Positions 29,359 through 39,593 of a DNA stretch of 64,000 nucleotides are shown one piece after another. Location: the NCBI GenBank assembly GCA_963696385.1, contig CAVOKF010000003.1, positions 736,001-800,000 of the forward strand. Direction: 5' to 3'. The notes under the pieces are model-generated. The model was not told where the DNA came from and did no database searches. It saw nothing but the letters and a program-made list of their open reading frames with translations. Source of the DNA: an uncultured delta proteobacterium (GTDB lineage: Bacteria > Myxococcota_A > Polyangia > Polyangiales > Polyangiaceae). The number at the start of each line of letters is the position of its first letter. The first letter of the stretch is position 1. The translations under genes were made by a program, and so were the position numbers.

Positions 29359-31523
29359 GGCAACTGAGTCTCGTCCCAGGTTGGAGCCGCCGCACCACTC
29401 TTGAACGCGAGGTCATCAAAATGACGCTTGGTCTCCTCGCATTGATGCGCGTAGAGGAAAGAGTATGGCCGCGCCTGATAGCAGATGAGCTCGTCCGGAG
29501 CCCCTTCGTGATACAGCACGTCGCCGAAGGTCACGGTCACCGCCCCCTGCAGCGTGAAGCCACTGGGAAACAGCGAGCAACCAGCAGGCGTTCCGTCGAG
29601 GAAAACGTACATCCGTTGCGAGGACACGTAGAGGTCGAAGCGCGTCATCCGGTCGACCCCCGCATGCTCGAACGGCGGCTCGGTGGGTATCGTGACGCTT
29701 CCCGGCTGAGCCATGTCGTAATCGATGAAGCGATGCTCAGAGGCCTGGTTGTTCACGTCCCAGGGACTGCCGTTGACCAATCCATGAATCGCTTCGGCTT
29801 CAATGCGCATCGACGGCCCAAGAATCGGTTGAATCAGAAGCGTGTTGTTGTTCGGGAGCGACAGTGCTTCTTGAACGGGAGCGTCCTGATCGGAGATGAT
29901 GAGCTGGGGGTAACGTCGGTCCGTACTGACGATGTCCACGGACATCGTGGCATGCAGGAACGTGGTGGGGTCCGCATCGATGTTCGCCTTTTGAAGAGCG
30001 GTAAAGCGCACTTTGCCCGTCGTGTCCTGGGCGTAGTCATCGTAGGCTACCCAGAGCTGTCCCAGCACCTGCCCATAGGTGAAGACCATGACGCCGCCCG
30101 GCTCATCGAGCCGATATGCGCTGAAGTCAAAAGCGGAGGACTGCCAGCGCCCACAGTTGAAGTCCGTGCAGCCTGGAACGGCGGTGACTGTGCCGAAGTC
30201 GCTGCCGACCGTGAAGCCCTGATACCAGTCCCAATCGGCAGGATCGTGCGGCGCTGGGGCGACCTGAATGAACGAACGTGCCACGGGAATCGGGGAAGCG
30301 GTCGGGGTCCGCAACGCCGAAGCACCGCCGTCGACGAAGAAGGTCTCGATCGGAATGCCGGGCCGGTCGTACTGGCCGTTGACAAAGACTTCGCCCGCAG
30401 GCGTTGCCTCCGTCAAGTCGGCAAGGGTCAAGAACGTCTGGTGCGGCGGGGCGTCGAGATGCTGAGGCGAAAGGAAGCCCTGAAACGGACACCCCGAGGC
30501 AAGAGCTTCCACGACGAGCGTGGTCGGCTGCGTGATCCCCGACCACTCAAGGTGCCAGAGCGGACCGGTTGCGCCTTGCGTGGTCGCACGGTTGTAGCGC
30601 TCTTGCCCCACCGCAAGTTCGACGTGTGAGTCGGGCGGCTGGTACGTCACCGCCATCAGAGGCTTCGTTTCGGCCGCCTGGGCCGTGAGCACCTGAAAGG
30701 CCGCCGCGGGCGCGGTCGTGTCCCCGGAGTGCGAGGCGAGATCGGCGCTGGCGAAATAGTACCTTGCGTATTGAGTCCAATCCTGCCCCGGTTGGACCGC
30801 GGCCGTCTGGGACGAGTATACCGTGCTCGTCGCGGCGCTCGCCGCGGCCGGCGCGTAGAATACGATACCGTCGTCGCGCCAGCCCTGGCTCAGAAACGCT
30901 TGCCGCTCGCTCGCGTCGGTCGTGTACACTTTGAGGCGACTCTCCCTCCAGCCGACCTCACCGCCGGTCGTGTACCCAGCAACCGCGTAGACGGGCACGC
31001 GATCCGCGCCCGGCGAAACGTACACGTAGCCGAGAGTCGGGTCTGTGCTGACTTCGCCCGTCCACGAATACTGCCCAGACGCGGTGACGAGACCCGAGTT
31101 GTTGGAGGTGAGATTCGTCGGCAAGTCGTAGGTCTGACGCACGCCTGCGCAGCGGTAGATGGCATTCTGTATGGACACCGATCCGTCGGGATTGACTGTG
31201 ATGTCTTGATCGTTGGGTAAGGGGTAGACCCGGTAATCGATGGCTCCGTCGAACGGATCGAAGTCGATCCCTACGGAGTCTTCCCTCTGCGTCGCCGTCA
31301 CATTCGTCAGCGGCGCCAGCGAGGGCAGCTTCGTCGCAACGCCCCCTTCGATTTGCGCGATGATGGTGCCAAAGCTCGTCGCCCCCGAGTCGACCTGAGG
31401 CTGCGTCACCGTGGTGCTCGCGACCACATCCGGGACCGCACCGCCGTCGCGTGGCGCCGAACCCTCCGACGACGAGCAACCGAAAATGCTCAGACCGATC
31501 AGCCAGTGCCAGTTCTCTCTCAT
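29343..31523 (-). CDS. Large secreted lipoprotein of unknown function (possible DUF5648-like segment; C-terminal beta-sandwich)
   Basis: 726-aa ORF, lipobox IFGC; segment VYTTDASERQAFLSQGWRDDGIVFY resembles DUF5648 repeats; 16-bp overlap with the di-heme gene. Confidence 0.7.
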   Translation of the reverse strand: MRENWHWLIGLSIFGCSSSEGSAPRDGGAVPDVVASTTVTQPQVDSGATSFGTIIAQIEGGVATKLPSLAPLTNVTATQREDSVGIDFDPFDGAIDYRVYPLPNDQDITVNPDGSVSIQNAIYRCAGVRQTYDLPTNLTSNNSGLVTASGQYSWTGEVSTDPTLGYVYVSPGADRVPVYAVAGYTTGGEVGWRESRLKVYTTDASERQAFLSQGWRDDGIVFYAPAAASAATSTVYSSQTAAVQPGQDWTQYARYYFASADLASHSGDTTAPAAAFQVLTAQAAETKPLMAVTYQPPDSHVELAVGQERYNRATTQGATGPLWHLEWSGITQPTTLVVEALASGCPFQGFLSPQHLDAPPHQTFLTLADLTEATPAGEVFVNGQYDRPGIPIETFFVDGGASALRTPTASPIPVARSFIQVAPAPHDPADWDWYQGFTVGSDFGTVTAVPGCTDFNCGRWQSSAFDFSAYRLDEPGGVMVFTYGQVLGQLWVAYDDYAQDTTGKVRFTALQKANIDADPTTFLHATMSVDIVSTDRRYPQLIISDQDAPVQEALSLPNNNTLLIQPILGPSMRIEAEAIHGLVNGSPWDVNNQASEHRFIDYDMAQPGSVTIPTEPPFEHAGVDRMTRFDLYVSSQRMYVFLDGTPAGCSLFPSGFTLQGAVTVTFGDVLYHEGAPDELICYQARPYSFLYAHQCEETKRHFDDLAFKSGAAAPTWDETQLPCGAY

Positions 31524-31743
31524 CGATCGAGATCTTCCCCCGTGCTCGGCTAGCCTGCCTCATACCGGCCCCGAATCCAAGTCCTGTCAACCGCGTGCCT
31601 CGACCGCCGTTCGCGGTTGATGTGTTACTCCAGACTCCAAGACCGGCGGCGACGACTCTAGGGCCGTGTCCCCCCCACAGGACGCGACGCCATCGTACCG
31701 CTCGGGCCCTTGCACACCGCAGAATCGTAACCCCGACGGCCTC

Positions 31744-31923
31744 TCACTCGATCGAAACCAACTGGGGGTACCAGCGTAGGCACATAACCGCCCACACGAC
31801 GATGAACGCGAGGACGATTCCCTGCGCGCGGCGCAGGGCACTCCGTGGCCTCCGCGCCCTCGCCAAGCGCATGGGAACGGCGAAACTGACCAGCACGATC
31901 GATAAAATGATGAGCTTTGCCAC
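31744..31923 (-). CDS. Small 59-aa two-TM membrane protein downstream of wzy (absent from the ORF track)
   Basis: Manual translation MAKLIILSIVLVSFAVPMRLARARRPRSALRRAQGIVLAFIVVWAVMCLRWYPQLVSIE*; GTG start with GGGAG RBS, 15 nt after the wzy stop. Confidence 0.75.
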   Translation of the reverse strand: MAKLIILSIVLVSFAVPMRLARARRPRSALRRAQGIVLAFIVVWAVMCLRWYPQLVSIE

Positions 31924-31938
31924 CGACTCCCCCCACTC

Positions 31939-33249
31939 CTACCGAACTCCGGCCGGCGGTGTCGGATTAGGTGCGTTCCATACGCCTGCGATTTGTGGCA
32001 AGCGCAACGCCATCGCATAACTGACGGCCATGACGTACATCGTTTGGATGGATCGGATGCCCATGTCACCATAGAGCTGGTTGGCGCAGACCACCAGCTG
32101 AGCAGCGCCGATGAGAGCGGCACTCCGGGCTTTCCAAGAATTGCCCATGCTCGCCACTCGCGCGTTCAAGAACACGGCGGTGGGCAGTGCGAGCCAGAAC
32201 CCGGCAAATCCGAGGATACCGGTAAACGCCAGGAGCCCGAGGATGCTGTTGTGCGGGACGTACTGCCACAGCTCGAATTCGGACGATATATCGTATTTCA
32301 TCGTGAGGGCAGCATAGGGGTGTCCCCACCCGCTCCCCGTCAGTGCGCTGGTGTAGTTCGCGGTGGCGATGAGACCCAAGTTTTCCGCATTCCGAGCCAA
32401 CGTCGACGCATCCTCGTTTGTCGAAACACTCGAGATGGATCGGAGTGGAAGGAAGATTGGATTCATTCGTCCCCAGCCGACGATCACGTAGACGGTCAGA
32501 GCCGGAATTGCGAAGATGAGCGCCCGGCGGCTCATGCGTTTCATCGCACCGCTCTGCGGGATGAGAAAGTACAGCATGACGAGACCCATGGCGAGAGACA
32601 CCCAGGCAAGCCTTCGGCTGTTGAACTGGAGCGCTCCCAGCAAAAACAGGGTGACCGCTCCGTTGCGCAAGACAACGAGTGGCGTCCTCTTCTGAACCGC
32701 TTGAACCACCAGGATCAGAATGGATACAACCCACGGAATGGTGTCGTCGTGAAGGGTCAGAAAGGCACCGCTACTGCCAACGAGGTGGCGCCCCCACGTA
32801 TAATACGAGACCCAACACATGAACGCGCGATAGATAGCGGCCGCCACAACCCATTTCGATAAACTGCAAAAATGCGCCGCGGTCCGAAACGTTGCCGCGA
32901 TCGCAAAGGTCAATAGTATCGTGCTGAGGATGAGGTACGTCTGCCAACTGGCGGAGCGAGCATCTCCGCCGCGCACAATTCCGAAAACATACCACACGAC
33001 CGTCGTGGCAAGCATCAAGAGGAGCGCGTTCTTCATGGGCGCAACGTGCGGCCCGCGTCCATCGCGCCTGGCGGAGCCCACGACCAGAATGGCGAGCGCG
33101 ATCAGGTCGAACGGGCGGATTTTGATGGGCGTGGGCTCCAACAACCATGCGTTGACCCACTCCATAGGCGCGAACAGATGCGTCTTGTAAGCGCACGCGG
33201 ACTCGTCCACGAATAGCAAGAAGAGAAGCAATCCGATGAACCGGGTCAC
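31939..33249 (-). CDS. wzy: Wzy polymerase / O-antigen ligase family protein
   Basis: About 11 TM helices; NSRRLAW, periplasmic loop STLARNAEN...GSGWG...VPHNSILGL (Wzy_C HNS motif). Confidence 0.82.
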   Translation of the reverse strand: MTRFIGLLLFLLFVDESACAYKTHLFAPMEWVNAWLLEPTPIKIRPFDLIALAILVVGSARRDGRGPHVAPMKNALLLMLATTVVWYVFGIVRGGDARSASWQTYLILSTILLTFAIAATFRTAAHFCSLSKWVVAAAIYRAFMCWVSYYTWGRHLVGSSGAFLTLHDDTIPWVVSILILVVQAVQKRTPLVVLRNGAVTLFLLGALQFNSRRLAWVSLAMGLVMLYFLIPQSGAMKRMSRRALIFAIPALTVYVIVGWGRMNPIFLPLRSISSVSTNEDASTLARNAENLGLIATANYTSALTGSGWGHPYAALTMKYDISSEFELWQYVPHNSILGLLAFTGILGFAGFWLALPTAVFLNARVASMGNSWKARSAALIGAAQLVVCANQLYGDMGIRSIQTMYVMAVSYAMALRLPQIAGVWNAPNPTPPAGVR

Positions 33250-33349
33250 GTTGGCACCGTAGGCAAGCCGAAAGGGATGCGCAACCGTCGAATGGCTGCG
33301 TGCCGCTCAGCCGAGGCCGGAACGGCGCCGGACCGTGCTAGGTAACACG

Positions 33350-34261
33350 TCACACCGGCCGGTAGACGAACCGGGCCGCATCAATCGGATGACGAAGCGA
33401 TCGGACGACACCCACCAGCATTCCACCGACGAAACGGAGATTGGTCGGGCGTCGTCCCAGAATCGCGTTGCGCACCGCGGCCGTACCGTGGCTCGTGATC
33501 CAGCTTGCGAGCAGGTGGACGCCATCCTTGGTGCCAAGGCGGACGTGCTTCGCGAGGGCGGCCCCGATGGCCACGCCGTATCCCCCAACCAGAGCGGACG
33601 CGTCTTGCCCCTCGCGCACGCCCAGATGAAGGACCGATACCTCGACCGCATTCAGAACCTTCATCCCTGCTGCAAGGGCACGAATCGTCAGATCGTATTC
33701 CTCGGCTGCGGGGAACTTCGCCCCCGCACCGAGCAAGGTGTCAAATTTCCCGACCCCATCGAAGACCGATCGACGAAACGCCATGTTGGCGCCGATTCCC
33801 CATGGCTCGTTGGCCTGCGGAAAGCTATGGTGGTATTCGCGGGTGGTGGGCTCGAACTGAGCGGCATACCCGCGATGGCCGATCGTATCCGAGGGGACCG
33901 TCACGCGCCCGAAGACAACTGCGGCATCCGGATTTGCGCTGAACACCTCGATTAAACTTGGAATCCAATTTTCAGGAACCCTGCAGTCGTCGTCCGTGAA
34001 GGCGATGATCGGCGCGCGGGTCGCCTCGATTCCGAGGTTCCGAGAGTTCGATAACCCTCGCGAGTCGCTTCGAATATAGCGAAAGCGGGGGTCGGCGAAG
34101 AAAGGCGACAAGGCCTCTTTGGTTGCGTCGGTGTCACTCTGATCGATGACCACGACCTCGAACATGTCTCCCAGATTCGCCAAAATGGATTGCACGCAGG
34201 GACCGGCGTCGTGTGCTCGGTTTCGGGTTGCGACGACCACGGAAATACGACTCGAGTTCAC
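33350..34261 (-). CDS. Glycosyltransferase family 2
   Basis: SVVVATRNR, VIDQS, GLSNSRNLG, AFTDDDC, GANMAFRR, FDTLLGAG. Confidence 0.92.
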   Translation of the reverse strand: MNSSRISVVVATRNRAHDAGPCVQSILANLGDMFEVVVIDQSDTDATKEALSPFFADPRFRYIRSDSRGLSNSRNLGIEATRAPIIAFTDDDCRVPENWIPSLIEVFSANPDAAVVFGRVTVPSDTIGHRGYAAQFEPTTREYHHSFPQANEPWGIGANMAFRRSVFDGVGKFDTLLGAGAKFPAAEEYDLTIRALAAGMKVLNAVEVSVLHLGVREGQDASALVGGYGVAIGAALAKHVRLGTKDGVHLLASWITSHGTAAVRNAILGRRPTNLRFVGGMLVGVVRSLRHPIDAARFVYRPV

Positions 34262-34395
34262 GGCACCTCAATGAGTATTCCGGCCAAGGGGGACCCGGAA
34301 CGGGCGAGCAAAAAAACTAGGCCATGTTTTAGCTTGGCGTGTGGGGTATGTCATCGAGTGTCGTGGCGGCCCCGGCTCCCCTTCACTGGCTGAGG

Positions 34396-35586
34396 TCATT
34401 TGTTCAGGATGGCTTCGTAGGCGACGCGCGCATCGCCGGCCATCCTGTAGGGATTGAAATAGTCGAGAACGCGTGACCTGCCATGAGCTCCCATCCTCGC
34501 GCGAAGCTCACGGTCGGTGAGCAAGGTGACGAGGTGACCGGCGAGCGCGGCGACATCGAAGGGAGCCGCCAACAGGCCCGATCGACCGTGCTCGACGACT
34601 TCCGGGGTGCCGCCGTTGTTCAGCGCGACCACGGGCCGGCCCATGGCCATGGCTTCCAAGAAGACCAGGCCGAACGGCTCCTCGAAGCTCGGCATGCTGA
34701 AGACATCGCAGGCAGCCATAATTTGGGGGATATCCGAGCGTCCGCCGGTGAACACGACACGCTCGCTTACACCGAGGTCTCTCGCAAGGACTTTGAGTTC
34801 TTCGGTAAATGAGCTTCCGTGCACGTGCACGTCGTCATCGCCGACAATCAACAGTCGGACCTCAGGCACTTCCGGCAATATGAGCGCCAGGGCTCGCAGG
34901 AGCTCGCGCTGCCCCTTCTGGCCGAAGAGTCGGGATACCGAAGCCAGCAGCGGGGCGTTCGCAGGGATGCCAAACTCACGACGGACGCCGCTCCCATCGA
35001 TGCTCGGATCCCACCTGGACGGGTCGACGCAGTTCAGGATCGTGTGAACGCGCTCGCCCGCCGTACCCGTTGCGACGACCGTTTGAGCCACGAACCGGGA
35101 GATGCAGAAGACGGCATCCGCGCTCCGAACCCCCCATTTGGCTGGACCGCTGTACCCGTCGGACCATGCCACGTGAACGTGTACCACCGACCGGGCGCCG
35201 GTCAGCCTGCCGAGAACGACGGAGTAGACGGCGTCGCGGGGGCGGTCGGTCCCGTGGATGATGTCGACGCGTTCCCGCCGTATGTAGCGGATCAGGCCAA
35301 CGAGGTCCGCCGGAAACGCCGCCGCGGCGCGGACGCCGCGCATCGTCGTCTTTAGGCTGCGATGACGAAACCCCGGTGCAAACGTCGTGGGCCGCAAACG
35401 GATGTCGGGAATACCTCCGAACTTGACGAGTGCGTCGGGAACACCCGAGCCGTCTCCGCGGCTGCTCGCCACGTGAACGACGAAGCGATCTCGATCGAGG
35501 TAGCGCATCAGGTGCGCGTGGATCGCGGAGTCTGCGCCGAAGCCGTTCTGCGAGTGCAGGAAGAGAACGTTGATCTTGTCCGGCAT
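34396..35586 (-). CDS. Glycosyltransferase family 4
   Basis: SRLFGQKGQ, DVFSMPSFEEPFGLVFLEAMAMGRPVV, GGTPEVV. Confidence 0.93.
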   Translation of the reverse strand: MPDKINVLFLHSQNGFGADSAIHAHLMRYLDRDRFVVHVASSRGDGSGVPDALVKFGGIPDIRLRPTTFAPGFRHRSLKTTMRGVRAAAAFPADLVGLIRYIRRERVDIIHGTDRPRDAVYSVVLGRLTGARSVVHVHVAWSDGYSGPAKWGVRSADAVFCISRFVAQTVVATGTAGERVHTILNCVDPSRWDPSIDGSGVRREFGIPANAPLLASVSRLFGQKGQRELLRALALILPEVPEVRLLIVGDDDVHVHGSSFTEELKVLARDLGVSERVVFTGGRSDIPQIMAACDVFSMPSFEEPFGLVFLEAMAMGRPVVALNNGGTPEVVEHGRSGLLAAPFDVAALAGHLVTLLTDRELRARMGAHGRSRVLDYFNPYRMAGDARVAYEAILNK

Positions 35587-35598
35587 CTCAGGTCTCGG

Positions 35599-37098
35599 TC
35601 AAAGGTCCCCGGCTCGGATTTGTTGGGCTAGATGATGTCCCGCCCGAGCCCCGAGCGCCATGGCCGTCAATACGGGGTTCTTCTCGGGGCCCGTCGTGAA
35701 GACGGCGGAATCAGCGACGACAACGTTGGGCACGGCGTGCAAGCAACTCCAGCCGTCGACCATCCCGAATTGCGGCAACCGATGCATCCGACAAGTGCCT
35801 CCGTAGTGAACCGATTCGCACGCCCGCTCGTAATGCCACGTGCGGACCCTCGGCTTCAAACCGGCGCGGCTCAACACGTCAACCAGGTCGTCTCGCGCCT
35901 TGTCCAAAGCTGGCCTTGCCTGCGGCGGGTGCCGAATGTGCAAGGTCAACGCGGCTGAACCGTCCGGGCCTCGCTGCTTCCGATCCAACGCAATCCAATT
36001 GTCCGGGACCGGCGCCATCGTTCCAAAGACGTTGAAGCCGAGCCACGGGAGCCGAGCCGGATGGCGCTGCAGAACGCTGCGAGCCAGGAGCGCCACGCCA
36101 CTCCACTGCATGCAGGCCGCGGCGTAGAGTGGCGGAGCCTTCTCGAGCCTCGGACGCGTCAAGTACGATGGCGGATGAAATGAAAGGGGAGTCCCCAAAT
36201 CGACCACGAGTTTCGCAAGCGGATGGTCATGCAGATAGCGCCCGAGCACGCCGTGACTGTTTCCGAGCCCATCGGGAAATTCTGCGCTCGACGATCGGAA
36301 TAGGACTTCCGGCGTACGAATGGCGCCCGCGGCGAGGACCACCGCGCGGCAAGCCAGTCGGCTTTCGGACCCCGTGCGCGCGTCGCGGCACAGCACCGCC
36401 TCGACGCGTCGGGTTTTCGGTGAGAATTCGAGGCGGACGACGTGGGCGCCAAACCGCACCGTCAAGCGCCCGGCGCGGAGCTCGGGTTGTACCAGCCTCA
36501 CGAACGAATTGAAGACCGTGCCGCTAGGGGTCAGAGTGGTTTCCGCGCCGTACGCAAAGGGCATCGGAGCCAGGGTGCGGCCACCGCACTGCGCCTGATT
36601 GGCCATCTCAGCCCAGTCCGGCCCCAGCACCCGCGCGTGCCGTACCCGATTCGCTGGAAGCTGCGACGATCCCTCGGCCGCGCCGGCAATGTGAAGGAGC
36701 GACTCGATTTGGTCGTACCACGGGGCGACATCGTCGTACCCGATCGGCCACGTGTACGGTTCGCCGGCACGCTCCGCATCGGCAAAGTCCTCGGGCGCGA
36801 ATCGTGGAACGGCGCAGCTCCAATGGTTGGACAGGCCTCCCGGCGCGAGCTCTTCGAACAGGCCCGCGTCCGGATCGGCCGTCGCAACGACGCCTTCCCG
36901 TCTCTTCAGCGGCGGGTGCGCCCGAAAGACCGTAATCCCCCGAACTCGCACGGTCATTCCACGCGCCGCGTGCTTCGACCCGGACTCAAGCAATAGGACG
37001 TCCGCGCCGGCCCTGCTCAGAAACACGGCCGCCGCTGCGCCCGCAGGACCGCTGCCGACGACGACGACGCGCCCAGCCTCTTTCACGCCGAGCAGCAT
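35599..37098 (-). CDS. GMC family FAD oxidoreductase
   Basis: VVVVGSGPAG, GGLSNHW, WPIGYDDVAPWY, VVLAAGA, GVLGRYLHDH, HYGGTCRM, NPVLTAMAL. Confidence 0.9.
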   Translation of the reverse strand: MLLGVKEAGRVVVVGSGPAGAAAAVFLSRAGADVLLLESGSKHAARGMTVRVRGITVFRAHPPLKRREGVVATADPDAGLFEELAPGGLSNHWSCAVPRFAPEDFADAERAGEPYTWPIGYDDVAPWYDQIESLLHIAGAAEGSSQLPANRVRHARVLGPDWAEMANQAQCGGRTLAPMPFAYGAETTLTPSGTVFNSFVRLVQPELRAGRLTVRFGAHVVRLEFSPKTRRVEAVLCRDARTGSESRLACRAVVLAAGAIRTPEVLFRSSSAEFPDGLGNSHGVLGRYLHDHPLAKLVVDLGTPLSFHPPSYLTRPRLEKAPPLYAAACMQWSGVALLARSVLQRHPARLPWLGFNVFGTMAPVPDNWIALDRKQRGPDGSAALTLHIRHPPQARPALDKARDDLVDVLSRAGLKPRVRTWHYERACESVHYGGTCRMHRLPQFGMVDGWSCLHAVPNVVVADSAVFTTGPEKNPVLTAMALGARAGHHLAQQIRAGDL

Positions 37099-37236
37099 AC
37101 ACGAGCCGCAGCGTTGGCCACGAGCGTGCGTGCCGCCCGCCGCACCCGTCCCCGCAAAATGACATGGGCTGCGTTCGCACCCGAGATCGCGCGCAATCCG
37201 CTTCCCTCGGAGCTTCGCTGGAGGAATACTGCGACA

Positions 37237-38208
37237 GTGCAAACTCGCGCGTTCGGTAAAACGGATCTAAGGGTCTCCTCATTGGGGCTCGGTTGTGCGC
37301 GAATCGGCGGAATCTTTCAGCGTGATACCGCCGGTTTCCTCAACCTTTTGTCGGTCGCGCGCGACGCCGGAATCAATTTTTTCGATACTTCCGATATGTA
37401 CTCTCAGGGAGAGAGTGAAGTGCTCATCGGAAAAGCATTTCGGCGCCTTCGGGGCACTGTCATCATCGCAAGCAAGGCGGGATATCGCTTGCCGACCCGA
37501 CGTAAGCTCGCCGCGAGACTGAAGCCCCTGTTGCGGCCCGCCATCCGGTTGCTCAGGATCCGCCGAGACCGTCTGTCTGCCGCCACACGAGGCTCGCTGG
37601 CTCAGGACTTCTCGGCACCCTACCTGCGACGAGCGATCGAAGGCAGTCTTCGGCGCCTCCACACCGACTACTTGGATCTCTTCCAGTTGCACAGCCCGCC
37701 GCTCCAGGTCGTCGAGCGGGGCGAGTGGGAGCCCGCGCTCGAGGCGCTCAAGAAAGAGGGCAAAATCCGATACTACGGAGTGTCGTGCGACACGATCGAA
37801 GCCGGCCTAGCCGCCCTGCGCTATCCAGGCGTTTCGTCGCTCCAGTTCACGCTGAGCCTGCTCGAGCGGCGGGCGGTCGAAGCGCTTCTGCCTGGGGCCA
37901 TGGCGACCGGGGTCGCCTGCATCGCGCGGGAATGCCTGGCCAATGGTCTATTGGCCAAGAATGCGGACGAACTCGATCTAAGCGCTTACTGCCCCGCCCC
38001 GGAGGAACGGACGCTGCGAGAATCGCAGCTTGCACAATTTCGACGACAGGCGCTGGAAGACGGCACCTCGCTGACGCGCATCGCCATCGAGTACGCAGCG
38101 GGCGCAACGGGCGTGTCCGTCGCCCTCGTTGGCGCACGAACGGTCGATCAGCTGCGAGGCCTACTTGCGCATGTCTCTCGCGGCACGCTGACCAACGCTC
38201 GCGCTTGA
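37237..38208 (+). CDS. Aldo/keto reductase
   Basis: RAFGKTDLRVSSLGLGC, GINFFDTSDMY, IASK, SLRRLHTDYLDLFQLH, GKIRYYGVS; GGAGG RBS before GTG. Confidence 0.92.
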   Translation: MQTRAFGKTDLRVSSLGLGCARIGGIFQRDTAGFLNLLSVARDAGINFFDTSDMYSQGESEVLIGKAFRRLRGTVIIASKAGYRLPTRRKLAARLKPLLRPAIRLLRIRRDRLSAATRGSLAQDFSAPYLRRAIEGSLRRLHTDYLDLFQLHSPPLQVVERGEWEPALEALKKEGKIRYYGVSCDTIEAGLAALRYPGVSSLQFTLSLLERRAVEALLPGAMATGVACIARECLANGLLAKNADELDLSAYCPAPEERTLRESQLAQFRRQALEDGTSLTRIAIEYAAGATGVSVALVGARTVDQLRGLLAHVSRGTLTNARA

Positions 38209-38235
38209 TCCTGTTGGAACGCGCTTCGGCCGACT

Positions 38236-39504
38236 CTACGGAGCGCGGCGGCCCGGCAACGGCGCGGGAACCAGCGTCTCTGCCGTGCCACCGGAGACCG
38301 GCCCGCGCCCCCTCCAGGATCTCGGGGCAGACCTTCCCATGAATGGCTCCTCGAATACCCGAAAAAAACCATACGAAAAGCCAAGTATCGAAAGTGCGCC
38401 GGGACCCATGAGCGCCGCGAACATGACGGCCGCACTCAAATGGGCCGGCGCCAGAATGTACTGCCATAGCATCTGTAGGAGCGGCGCATGGATCAAATAC
38501 AAACTGTACGAGAAAGTCCCGACGAAGACCAGCGGTCTCCACGATAAAATGCGCGTAGCGACGCTCGATTTATCGATCGACGTGAAAACGAGCACGCACA
38601 GCGCGGCAACGGCCACAGGACAGTCGAGCACGTAGAATCGCTCTACGGCCCGCTGCCAACCCCAGAAATCGCTGAGCGCCACGACCCACGCAACGCACAG
38701 GAGCGTCACCGAGCGCCAGGGGACGCGTCTTCGCAAGACTACGATGGCCGTGTCTTCGCTCCGCACCAAGTAGGCTGCCAGCATCCCGAGGGCGAAGAGC
38801 CCGATATACTGCGGGGCGGCCCGCGCGACACGCGTATGTCCGAGTCCCAATCGCAGCGCATATCCGACGGCGAGTGCCGAGAAAACGGTGACGGTCGGAC
38901 CCAGGCGACGCCAAGACCAAACCAGCAGCGGGAATATGAAGTAGATCTGCCACTCGACCGCGATGGACCAAAAAACGTAGTTGATCTTGCCGGTGCCGAA
39001 CAGATCTTGCAGCAGCACGAGATGACTGAGAATGGCGACCCTGTTGCTCTCGATCGGAACGTCCCAAAGGGTACCGGTGGGCTTGCCAATGACCGTCCAG
39101 ATCGCGAGTAGGCAAAATGCTAGCGCCCCGTAGTATGGCGGCAAAATGCGACGGGCGCGTCGCTTGAAAAATGCGACCGCGCCTCCTCGAAGGCGATTGC
39201 CCGCCCCCACCACGGGAAGCATCAGACAAAACCCCGAGACCACAATAAATACCGTCACCGAAAGGTGGCCTGCCACGAGCGAGTACGTGAACGGCGAAAG
39301 AAGCCACGGCGGGAATTGCGCTCGACCCGGATTCCACACTTGGGCGTACGCGTGATTGATGAAGACGACGTACGCCGCGAGCGCGCGAATGCCCTCGACC
39401 TGCGTCAGGTGAATCGGCTTGCTGGCGCGCGGAGGATTGCCGCTCGACAACGAATCGACGTTGGCGCGCGAAGGATCTGCCGCCGGAGAAGGAGTCAGGA
39501 CCAT
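38236..39504 (-). CDS. Acyltransferase family 3 (OafA-like) membrane O-acyltransferase
   Basis: VEGIRALAA, VFIVVSGF, FFKRRARRILPPYY, WSIAVEWQIY, GTFSYSLYLIH. Confidence 0.92.
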   Translation of the reverse strand: MVLTPSPAADPSRANVDSLSSGNPPRASKPIHLTQVEGIRALAAYVVFINHAYAQVWNPGRAQFPPWLLSPFTYSLVAGHLSVTVFIVVSGFCLMLPVVGAGNRLRGGAVAFFKRRARRILPPYYGALAFCLLAIWTVIGKPTGTLWDVPIESNRVAILSHLVLLQDLFGTGKINYVFWSIAVEWQIYFIFPLLVWSWRRLGPTVTVFSALAVGYALRLGLGHTRVARAAPQYIGLFALGMLAAYLVRSEDTAIVVLRRRVPWRSVTLLCVAWVVALSDFWGWQRAVERFYVLDCPVAVAALCVLVFTSIDKSSVATRILSWRPLVFVGTFSYSLYLIHAPLLQMLWQYILAPAHLSAAVMFAALMGPGALSILGFSYGFFRVFEEPFMGRSAPRSWRGRGPVSGGTAETLVPAPLPGRRAP

Positions 39505-39593
39505 CCCCTTGTGACGCTACTTCCCCCTCAAGGCTTCGTCCACGTCGAGGTTTCTGTGGGGACGACTCGGTGTCGCCCTCCACCTTGGCGGCA

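Noticed and set aside
34306..34325. TGGCCTAG-T7-GC on the minus strand as a sigma-54 promoter
   Set aside because: GG-to-GC spacing is 12 nt rather than the required 10
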